Shown here piece by piece: positions 38,001-50,000 of a stretch of 64,000 bases of DNA. The notes under the pieces were generated by a model. The model was not told where the DNA came from and made no database searches. It saw only the letters and a list, made by a program, of their open reading frames with translations. Each line of letters opens with the position of its first letter. Positions within the stretch are counted from its first letter, which is position 1. Both the position numbers and the translations under genes were made by a program. Source of the stretch: Callorhinchus milii (Eukaryota); the NCBI RefSeq assembly GCF_018977255.1, contig NW_024704742.1:78804001-78868000 (forward strand), in the 5' to 3' direction.

Positions 38001-41000
38001 GGCTTTTTTGCATGCTTTATTGGCATTTGCAAATAGCAAGTGACATTTTTGTGAATATTGCAGTTTAGGTGTCAGCCTGCTCAAATGATCTCAGCTCCAA
38101 GTCACAAGGTTGTGGGTTCAAACCTCATGTAGGGCCTTTGACTTCCCAGTCCAAGCTAACTCTCCAGTTCAATAATGGGATTGCATTGTCAGCGGTGTCC
38201 TCCTTCAGCAACAAACAACAACAACAAATTACATTTGTATAATGACTAACATGTCAGGAGAACGTCCCAAGACCCAGGACAGTTAGGGATCCGCAGCCGA
38301 GCTGGTGGTTGGGATCAGGAGGGTGACGGGCAGGGAGGGTAAGGGTAGGAGGGTGACCGAAGGCACGGTCGAAGAGGAGGGTTTTGAGATGGGTCTTGAA
38401 GGAGGCAAGGGAGAATTAAAAGTTAAACTGAGGTCCTGTCTACCTGATCAGTTAAAGGTTCCTTGGCACTATTTGAAAAGAGAAGGGATTTCCTCCCCGT
38501 GTCCTGGCCAACAAACCTTAGATAAAATTGATCATTCATTTCACGACTGTTTATGAAAATTAGCTGTCACAAATATATAGTCACTACATTTTATAGTAAA
38601 TCTTGTGAAGTGCTACGAGACATAAACAACATGATAAGGTGCTATATCAATTGCAAGGATTATTATTGACAAATTTTTGGCAGTTGAGAAGGAAAGTTGC
38701 AATTAACACGTCACATCCAGTTTACAAATCTTGCAGGAAAATCAACCCAGGTACAGTTGAGTGATCTTCAAAATGTGGGATTAAATCATATTTGTGGGTA
38801 AACAGTGTTAGTAACAGAACACAATGAATGGCAAAAGGCAGTAATAATAATAATAATAATAATCCTTGCATTTGATATAGCGCTTTTCACGTCGGGAGGA
38901 CGTCCCAAAGCGCTTCACAGAACACACTGTAAAGTGAATTGACTGTATATTTGTGGGCGAACGCGGCAGCCAATTACGCACAGCAATGTCCCACAAACAG
39001 TCGTAGATTGAAAATGACCAATTTATTATTGTTTTGTTTTTTGGAGGGATTATTATTAGGCTCTGTGGAGTAAGGAAACTTGCCCAAGGTTTCGCCCTCT
39101 GCCTGGAATTGAACCCAGGTATTGGAATTGAACCCAGTATGCGTTATGATAATAAATACTCGTGATAATTATCATATAATTTACTGGATTTTTCTTTTTC
39201 CAGTGTCATGAAAGTCACAGCTAAAGAACAATTTTGTGACAGCTGAGCTCATCATTATTGAGCCATTGATAATGGCCGTATAGAGCCTTATAAGGAATAC
39301 TCTATGCTCAGGCAACTGTTGAACACATTCTGATAAGGTCAACTGCTGGAGTCATGTAACTCAATGGTTAGAGCACTCGCTTGCAAGCGAGAGACCTGAG
39401 TTCAATTCCAGACAGGGTGAAACCTTGGGCAAGTTTCCTTACTCCACACACCTAATAATAATCCCTCCAAAACCAAAACAATAATAAATTGGTCATTTTC
39501 AATCTACGACTGTTTGTGGGACATTGTTGTGCGCAATTGGCTGCCGCGTTCGCCCACAAATATACAGTCAATTCACTTTACAGTATATTGTGTGAAGCGT
39601 TTTGAGACGTCTAGAAGACGTGAAAAGCACTATATCAAATGAAAGGATTATTATTGTTATTATTATTTTCTTGGCTGCTCTCCCCCTCCCCTCACTTGCA
39701 GCCTTGTGCTACTTGATGCTAACACTAATAAGTGCACACTGCAATGTCTTCTCTCCATTTCTCTCATGCACAAAGTTAAGATAGAGCAGATAGTGCCAGA
39801 TCAAGATTATATAGATACAAAAACGGCAAGGATCAGAAAGTAATTATTCTGCCTCAGTGGAATTCCGAGTTCCGAGAATTGAAGAGGAAATAAATAAAAT
39901 AAATAAAATGCAGCTTTGGTTTTCGAGTAACCAAAGAATAACAGTAATTATTTTGAAAAGTCAACATATTAGTTCTGTTTTAAAAAAAACAGATGGTGAT
40001 TTTGTCAGCACTGCACTGACATTTCCCTGTGTTTTCTCATACTGTGAAACGATAGCTCTCCCAAAGCATGGGAACAGCAGTTGACCTTATCAGAATGTGT
40101 TCAATGGTTGCCCGAGCATAGAGTATTCCTTATAAGGCTCTATACAGCCATTATCAATGGCTCAATAATGATGAGCTCAGCTGCCACAAAATTGTTCTTT
40201 AGCTGTGACTTTCATGACTCTGGAAAAAGACACATGGTTGTGAAAACCAGGCACTGAAATCGCCAACTGGAATAGGTCTCCACTAGGAGTAGAGAATGGA
40301 AAACATTTGGATTATTTTCATGGGTTTTTATGTCTGAACAGAGTTTAAATCCTAAACCTAATTAATTTTGTTGTTGCTTGTGTAGAAGAATTTTGAATTT
40401 TCAATGCTGGATGTCAGGTTTCATTTTAAAGCAACCTGCTCTGTAAGTGCCCGCAGCCTCACAGTCTGACTCGCTTAGGGCACTGCCTCATCATCCCTCC
40501 AAGTTCAGAGGCAGCTCTGGGTGCAATCGAGTTTGACAAGACGTTTTATTTGGACACAGGAGCAGTTAACAGACAATGAGGCTGATTCCACACTCCAGTC
40601 ACCAGAACAAGGCTTCAACAAAGTATGGAGCAAGTCATTGGGGGTTGGAATCAAGAGGGGTGGAGGGTAGACGAGGTGTGAGGGGAGCCGAAGCATGAAC
40701 AAAGAGGAAAGTCTTGAGACAAGGGAGGGATCGAGGCAGTGGGATTCCGGGATGGAGTTCCAGAGGATGAGGGCAGAAAAGCTGAAGGCCCGATCACCTA
40801 TGGTGGGGCAGGCAGAGCAGGGGACATGAAGCAGACCAGTGGCCACCGAGCAGGGGGAGTGGACAGCTTGGTATGGTGTTAATACGTCACAGAAGTAGGA
40901 AGGAATAAGGCCTTGTAGGTTTTAAAAGTGGGGACGAGGATTCATGTCACCTGAATAGACGGGACGTCAGTTTAATATTTCATCTGAAGGATGCACCTCT

Positions 41001-44000
41001 GACAATGTAGCATACCCCCAAACCCTAGTACTGCAATGGAATGGCAGTATAGACCAGTGTTGGTCAACCTATGCCCATGGGCTGGAAGTAGCCCATGGGC
41101 TGTGAAGAAGCGGCTCCTGAATATTCACACAAGTGTAGTTGAGGCATATATTCAATCAAGGAAATTTATTTTGTTGACCGACCATAAAGGTTAGCCACCA
41201 CTCGTGTAGACTATATGAGTTTGAAGTCCCAACGTGGAGTTTTGAACACACAACCTTATAACTCACATGAGAAAGTGTCACCAACTGAGCCAGGCTATGC
41301 ACTTATACATCCTCTTTATGTCTGACGCAATGTTGACATCAAGAATACACCTTCAGTTTTCTGGTTGTAATTCATAGAATCGTAAAATCTTAGAATTACA
41401 CAGCACAGAAGGCGACAATTTGGCTCATCATGTCTGTGCCGGCTCTTTGAAAAGAGCTATCCAATTCAATTCCACTGCTCCGTACTCTCCCCATAGCTCT
41501 GCAAACTTATCCTTCTTAAGCTGTCTTTGAGTTGAAAACCCAAATATTAACAATATATACTCGCTCTAACAAAGTGTACAGTAAAAGCAGGGAGAAGGAA
41601 AAAGAAAAATGAGAGAAACTAATTCACATGAACATGAACAAAATGGGTGAGGATAGGCTAAAATAGCATGAAATTAAGGGGGGAAAAAGGGAATAAGAGA
41701 TAGTACAAGGAAAAAAGGGGTGACAAGGTAAGCTCCAAGTAAGGTGTTATTTTTACAAACCAAAATTGTGCTTCTTGTAGTGGATTTGGGTTAATAATAT
41801 TTCAGTAAGTTTATTGGTGTTTTATGGAGTGCCAGAATGACTTGAGCTGAAAACATAAGCAATTGATTGGTCCATAGAAGTTACCACAGAACTACTGTCA
41901 GACTAAGTAACAATAAATAATCTTGCATTTTGATATAGCGCCTTATCACATTGTTGAGACACCTCATCACCTCAATTGCAACCACCAAAACGTTACATTG
42001 ATATAGCACCTTTTATATAAGGTAACATCTCGGAGTGCTTTGCAGGTACAGAGTTGAATACTTATGATGATGGGGGAGAGATGATCATAGGCACGTCGAA
42101 AGATGTAGGATTTGAAGTGGGATTTTAAGACATTAAAAGAGGGGTAGTGAGATAATGATAGAGGGAGGGAGTTCCAGAGGTTAACAGTGTAGGAACTGAA
42201 GATTCGACCACTGATGGTGGAGTGCAGATTGAGGGAGATGAGCAGCAAGCACATCATGTTCTCACACTGTAACCACTAAGCAAAGAGAAAATCAGGTGGT
42301 TGTGAGTGCTCGACTCAGCTGGACAAAGTTAAAGGAGTTTATTGCGACATTTAATGTATCGGTCAGATGACATGCTGTAATCTGGGTTGCCAATGCACAT
42401 AATTAGGTACCTTTCAGCAGAGTCTGCTCCCTGTGCAGCTGTTACTTCAGCGGGACGATCTTAGTTTACTGCCAGTTAAAATACTGGTTATGCAGCCACA
42501 TGCTCATCATTGGACCTGCCAGCAATGCAAATCCATTTATTTCTTGGTAACAGTCTCAAGTCTCGGAGATAGCATAGAGCTGCCAGCGAAAAGCAGCATA
42601 TAATTATGAGGGATTTGTCAACTCCACTTCGGTTATATAGAAGACTGGGCTATTCCCCACAGTGCAAATCACACAAGATGCGGACAATCCTGCAAAGATA
42701 GCTTTGGTCTCAAATGCTCCTCCTCGAGTCCAGGACAGTGATGGGAGTGGCAGTGATAGGAATATAATAGTCAACAGCTCTCAGTGATTGTGCCACCAAC
42801 AATGCTAAATCTCTTATTATTGGCTTAGCCCCACATTCACCTGGATTTCTTAATTGGTAAATACAATGCCAGAAACCCAGTTGTCTTCTCAGGAAAGTTA
42901 CTCATTCCAGTTTCCCAGAGATCAATTTACATTACTCTGCCATTTTGGAACCTATTTGGTTAAGTTTGTGATTTTTAAAGCATTCTTTCTTTCGCGTTCC
43001 TGGTCTGCAATGCTCAATTTGCCACCAAGCACTGGGTTTACTTACTAACTTAAGCATGAAAGAACCCAAAACAGCTGAAATAACGGTTTCATTGTGTCTG
43101 CCACATGCAGAAACCCCAACAGCACAATACACTTACAAGTATCAAAACCCAATTTGCACACATGTATGTCACCTAAACATAGACATTTCCCTGTATCTGG
43201 AATGGAGTGTATGTTCTCTCCCTGTGTGCTCTCTGCTAACCTAATTCTGAAGAACATTACATTATAATAATAATAATAATCCTTGCATTTGATATAATAA
43301 TAATAATAATCCTTGCATTTGATATAATAATAATAATAATCCTTGCATTTGATATAGCGCTTTTCATGTCTTCTAGACGTCCCAAAGCACTTCACAGAAT
43401 ATACTGTAAAGTGAATTGACTGTATATTTGTGGGCGAACGCGGCAGCCAATTGCGCATAGCAGTGTCCCACAAACAGTCGTAGATTGAAAATGACCAATT
43501 TATTATTGTTTTGTTTTGGAGGGATTATTATTAGGCTCTGTGTGGAGTAAGGAAACTTGCCCAAGGTTTCGCCCTGTGCCTGGAATTGAACTCAGGTCTC
43601 TCACTTGCAAAGCGAGTGCTCTTGTTGAGAGCCAGTGGGCTTGGGGACCCCAGTGTTGGGGTACTCCTGGAGATTAATCAGCTAAATCCCATGCAGCTTG
43701 CCATTGAGAACACTGTTTGACAAGCTTCTCACCACTTGTCTACCTAGAATCACCCTACTGCATTAGGGTTTGCTTGCAGGACTGACAGGAGACAAATGGG
43801 AAGAATCCCTGCTCCCAGTCAACACCTCCAAGTTCTTCTTAGTAGGAATTGTGTCTCTATCAGCCTGGCTCAGTTGGTAGAACTCTCTCATCTGAGTCAC
43901 AAGGTTGTGGGTTCAAGCCCCAAGTCAAGTCTTGAAATTCATGTGATTTAAGCAGACTTTTTAATGGAGTGTTGTGGGGGGATTTGCATTTTAGAAGTGT

Positions 44001-47000
44001 CGACCTTCTGATGAGATATTAAACCGAGGTACCGTCTGCCTCTTCAAGTCGACGTTAAAGATCCCATGGTGCTGCTCAAAAAGAGAAGGGAGTTTCTTCC
44101 AGTGTCCTGGCCCACAATCCCCCAAATAAAATTGGTTGTTTAGTTCATGGCTGTTTGTTGGACATTGCTGCATTTGCCCCAAAGACACACAGTCACTGCA
44201 ATTTACAATATATCATGTGAAGCACATTATGACATCCTCTAGATATGAAAGGTGATATGCCAAATATAAGGATTATTATTATTAATAAGTACTGCATGCC
44301 AATCTAAAACCGTTGTATCACCCACAAAGCATGTGTAGCCCTCCACTTCAACAACAACAACAAAATTGCATTGATAATAGCGTCTTTCACATTGGCTTTT
44401 TTTTCACCTGTTATTCTGAGCAGAATCGCTGCTCCTTATGTCTTTAGCCCTCCATTCATAGTCTGTCTGGAGTATTGCATCTGCTTTACATCCTCTCCCA
44501 AAAGTTAAGACAGTGCTATGTTGGCAGAAGCCTTTCTTAGTTTCACACATTTTAGTCACATTTTCTAGGCAGTCGATGAAGCTGTCCTGAATTAAGGAAC
44601 AGTGTTAAGTAATGAATGGATAATGTATTTATGATAATTGCTTTTCCTCCACAAAAATAATTTGAAGCCTACAACACAATACAATTTTCAACACAGTGTT
44701 ATATAACGCCATTCAGGGCTTCACACAGCTAAGATCTATCAACTTTATTTCAAGGTCAGTCACTAACCAGGAGATGTTGAAGGTTCTTCCACATGACTTG
44801 TTATGAAATGACAGCAGCTTTGTTTTTCTTGTGGACTCTGAGGCCTCCAAATGTCGAATGGTATTCCATTCAGCGATATATTATGAAGGCATCCCGTGAA
44901 ATTTCTTGTACTTAACATGGCATGATTCAGCTGAAGAACAAGAACAGGAATGTATTGATAAAATATCAAATAGCCTTTTAATTTTGGCTTTGCTGTCACC
45001 AATTATCTGCATTCCTCTTGTGAAAATGCTGACTCCTGCTTTGTGAAATTTTCCACTCAACCAACTACTTATTCATCAAATGCAAGCATAGGCAGTGAGC
45101 ATTGTGCATGAACTGTTGGGAACATTACATTTTCGACCAATATAATAACGTGATATCAGCTTGGCTGAGTCAGAAGGTTGTGGGTTCGAGCCCCACATCG
45201 GGACTTGGGATCACATAGTCTAAGATGACACTCCAATGCAGTGCTGTGTGGGGGGGGGGGGTGGTGTTACATTGTTGGAGGTGCCATCATGTTAAATTGA
45301 GGTCCCTTCTGCCTGTTCAGGTGGATGTTAAAGATTCCATGACACTGTTCAAAAACTGAAGGGAATTTTTCTCGGTGTCCTAGTCAACAATCCCGAAAAT
45401 AAAAATTGGTCATTCAGTTCATGACTATTTGTGGAAATGCTGTGCACAATTGTGCTGCTGTGTTTGCCTAAAATACAGTCACTCCATTTCACAATAAAGC
45501 CTGTGAAGCACTTTGAGAAGTCCTTCTGAAGAGATAATGTGCTATACCAAATCCAATTATTATTATTAGGGTTATTATAATACTGTCCAGTAACCAGGAT
45601 TAGTAGTTTAGCTCATTTTCTCTGCTCTAGCCCAAGGACACTGAGGCCAATTCTAATGCCGGGTTGGCTTTGTGACTGAGATGAACAACCTAAGCAGTAA
45701 CAAACCTAATCAAATTAGGTTGGTGTGGAATCCTGCAGCTCAGTGGTTAGAGCACTCGGCTCGCAAGCGAGAGACCTGAGTTTGATTCCGGGCAGGACAA
45801 AATGTTGGGCAGGTTTCCTTACTCCACATGAAGTAGGAACCAGTTGTTAGTCGATTGGTGGATTGCTTTTCCGGAGGTAATAATTCCTTAAAAAAAAATC
45901 GCTCACTTCAATCCATAACTGTTTGTGGGACACTGCTGTGTGCAATTGGCTGCCGCTTTTCTCCCACAAAATATACAGTCAATTCACTTTACCATATATT
46001 CTGTGAAACACTTTGTGACGTCTCGAAGACGTGATAAGGCGCTATATCAAATGAAAGGATTATTATTATTATTCATTTGACACTTGGACCCCTGATCAGT
46101 ATGTACAAATTTGGCACTGAACAATGCACATCAGAGAGGTATCACTCAATCTTTTTTGACAAATGATTGTATTTTCAATTGTTTTGAATTTCACTTTGAG
46201 ATGTTTTGATGTGATAAAAGTGTGATCACTCCTATCATCACTTTCAGTTATTCAATGTCTAGAAAATAAAGTCCATAGGATCTGTCACAGTACTCAATTC
46301 TGTGCTTTTGTGTTTGTATGTATCTGTGTGTGTGTCTCTGCTTCTCTAACATGTACCTACCTGCATCGGAGCTTGCTTCTCACATTGCTGGTTTAAATTG
46401 TGAACCTCATTATAATGCACAGATCTAAAATTTTACTTCTGGATGTGACCCTGAAGCATATAAAGAGGCCTGAAGTTATCCAAGGTTCAGATAAGCAGAT
46501 TGGAGTGTACTTAATACACTTTTCACTCAAATTGCTATTCTAAAACTGACACAAACTGTGTTCAGTGATGCTTTGGCACCATATTTCTACAAATTTTATT
46601 GAAAGTATAATAACATTTTATCTGACAAAATTGTTATCTTATTGTCTGCTATGATTTACTTTGGTTCAATCAGTTCTTTTGGCACTATCAAAGAGTTATG
46701 CATAAATTTTAATGTTACATAGATTAGGTTCAGCCTCTGTCCCATTCATGTCCTCAGTGTTCTGGGAAAATGTATTACAGAATATTTCAATTCAACTTTT
46801 CAGATTTTCTTAAGATTTCTAATGGGCTTTTGACCACCACTTAACAGTCTTCCACTGCTCAGTGGCCAGAGGTTAGTTGCAAAAGCTTGTCACTGACATA
46901 TGCATTCAGTGTTTAGGCATTGCAGGTCACTGGTAATGAATGATAAGTAGACAGACTGTGGCTTCTCTTGAGATCAATGCCTGCAGTTCCTGATTCTGAA

Positions 47001-50000
47001 TTGAAGTGCTCACTCTTCTTTTGTACAGGATATCTCTGGACTAATGGCGGTAGTTGTCATCCACTGAACCCTCGAAGTCTGCTGGCATTCTAACTGTTAT
47101 GTCACCTTCCCACACGATTCTCTGTTTCTCTTCTGCGATTTTGCACTTCCACGACCAAACAGCTCATAAATATTCATACATATCATGGTTTTCTCTTTCC
47201 TAAATGTAAAATAGTGTGGGGGAAACGGCAGGGGAGTGGATCTAAACAGATGCCTCTTACAGAGAGTCAATATGATACAAAGGGAGTGGAACTAAAGAGA
47301 TATATCTTACAGAGAGTCGTTACGGATACAATGGACTGAATTGCCTCCTTCTGTGCTGAGAAATAAGCTTATGATTTCTAAGCATCCAGGAAAGATTGGG
47401 AGAGACAGAAAGATTGAGAGACAGGGAGAGGGGGAGAGAGATGGGGGGAAGGGAGAGAGAGGGGGAAGAAAGGGGGATTTAGAGGGATTGAGAGAGGGGG
47501 TGAGAGAGAAAGAGAGAGAGAGAGAGGATGAGGGTAGGGAGAGGGGAGGAAGGAGGAATGGATTGAGAGAGTGGGAGGGAGAGGGGCGAGAGAGACTGTG
47601 AGAGACGGGGAGAGAAAGAGTGATTGAGAGCGAGGGGGAGAAAGTAATTGAGAGGGGAAGTGAGCAAGAGAGAGATTGAGAGCGAGCGTGACAGGGGAGA
47701 GAGTTGTTAGAGAGAGAGATTGTGAGAGGGAGGAAGAGAGAGAGGAGCGTGTGTCTGTATGTGAGAGTGTGAGTGAGAGGGGAGAGAGAAAGGGAGAGTG
47801 GGAGAGAGAGATTGTGTGAGAGGGGGAGAAGAAGAGTGATTGAGAGAGCAATTGAGAAGAGAGATTGAGAGGGAGTGTGAGAGGGGAGAGAGAGTTGTAA
47901 GAGAGTGTGAGAGGGAGTAAGATAGTGAGGGAGATAGAGAGAGCAGAGAGTGATCTAGAGAGTGTGAGATGGGAGAGAGTGTGCGTGAGAGAGAAGTGTG
48001 CGTGAGAGAGAAGTGTGCGTGAGAGAGAAAAGGGAGAATGATTGAGAGAGAGAGAAAGAGAGAGAGAGAAACAAAAAGAGTGAGAGAGAGGAAGAAGTGA
48101 GGAACAAGGACAGACACCGAGTGACGTGATGTGCCATGCAGTTTCCTCACAGAAAACTCCCTTTCCCCAGTGAAAAATCTCTCTATGTCCTTCAGTCAAA
48201 TAAATGCATGCTTAAATTAATGATTCCATTAATAAGACGTCCAGCACTTGATGTGACCTGGATCATTAATCGTTACCTTCCTTTCCTAAGCTTGGTTAAA
48301 AGATTAAGTGTGATAGGACTCTTGGCTCTCACTTGTGGATTCAAGCCCCTTGTCAGGATGTTGAACCCATAATGTAGCCTGACACTCCAATACAGGACTG
48401 GGATTTAATTATATTGTGGAAGTCCTTTGTATAAAACATAAAAATCAAGATCTGTCTGCCTGTTAAGGTGGATATTAAATATCCCATGGTACTACAGTAT
48501 TTCAAAAGAGTAGGGAGTTTCTCCCAGTGTCCTAGCCCCAAATGAAACTGATCACTTACTTTATGGCTGTTTGTGGGACATTGTTGTGAGTAAATTGGTT
48601 GCTGTGTTAGTCTACATAATACAGTCACTATACTCTATGGTGAATCTTGTAAAGTGCTTTAAGAAGTCCACCTGATATGAAATGCAAGGATTGATGCTAT
48701 AATCATTGGTTGCAGAGAATGATTACCTCAATATCCATTAGTCTAGCTCCAGTAGCTGTTGGGGCGATACATGCCTTCAGGGCACAGTTGTTTGTAGTGT
48801 AACAAACTCTGTATTGTGTTGAACAATGTACATTACTAATTAATAAATGGATATTTGTATACTAGTTTTCAGAACATAGCAATTCATCACATACAGACAA
48901 GCGCAGCACTTGTCCATATACTGCTCATTACCTTCATATTTCCTATGATTCCTCCTATGTAAACGGTGGAGGTTGGGACCAGCAGGAGGTATTTGTCTAA
49001 TGTATTTTGGCTTCCGAATGCTGAATGCGATCTCTGTGACACCATTTCTGTTACTTTGATTGAACCTTCATGTCCAAACCTGCAATTTCAATCATAATGA
49101 TATGAGAATGGCTTCAGACTTAAAATAGTCAAAAATAATATATGGAGTTAAATAACAGTTTTTTTTTTAACCCCGCATGTTGATGAATTTCTTCTAAGGT
49201 TTTTATGGTGATACTGTAGATTTTGTTTTAAGTCTGCAGAAAAAAGTTTTTGGAATTTCACTAAGATTTTAAGATGAGTTGTGTTAATTTACTCTCCAAA
49301 TTCCATCAATGACTCTACAAATGCATGGAATTGTCAGTTTGGTTTAGATAATCTAAGCAAGGTGATGGGCCTCCGCATGTGTCAGACACCTGACTGACCC
49401 TAAAAAAAGATGGAATTTTGGGCCCAAACTCGTGCTGAATCTGTTGCAATAGACTGACTAACCACTAGGGGCAGTGACTCACTGCTTCTCCCCAAGAGTG
49501 ACTCCAATTTTTACTCTGATATGCAGCCATCCAGGGCTTTACAACTTTCAACAACAAAATTACATTTGTATAGCGCCTTTCACGTCAGGAGGACGTCCCA
49601 AAGAGCAGGGGAAGGACTCAAGTATTTTTTTCTCTCTTGCCCATAGAGTGTTAAGTAAACGATTGCATTGTTTTAATACTTATTTTAGCATGTGGAGACC
49701 CTGACCTCAATTCGGGACCTCAAAGAGGTGTATAATATTTTAAAGGGGATTGACAAAGTGAAACCAGAACAATACTCTAGGATGCAATAAGTCAGCAGAA
49801 CAAGAGGACACAAAGTTAATGTGGCAAAGGGCAGTTTCGGGACAGATACCATGATGTTTTTTTTATTTAGACAGTAATTAATAACTGGAACACATTGCCA
49901 GGAAAACTAAATATATTTAAATTTAGAGTAAATAATCTCACCATTCTATGAACAATGAGAAGTATTTCTCACAAGATGTATTGGACAGTCTAGAGCTGGA

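Noticed and set aside
43264..43353. CRISPR-like array
   Set aside because: Direct tandem repeats without spacers in a vertebrate context; explained by SINE tail reiteration.
46361..46450. Exon-like segment with a CAG|GTAGGT donor on the minus strand
   Set aside because: The best acceptor gives an in-frame TAA. The alternative acceptor has the wrong phase and no LG similarity, and the flanking exons already join in frame.
47378..48199. 273-aa and 147-aa Ser/Leu/His-rich ORFs
   Set aside because: By-products of the GA/TC low-complexity tract.
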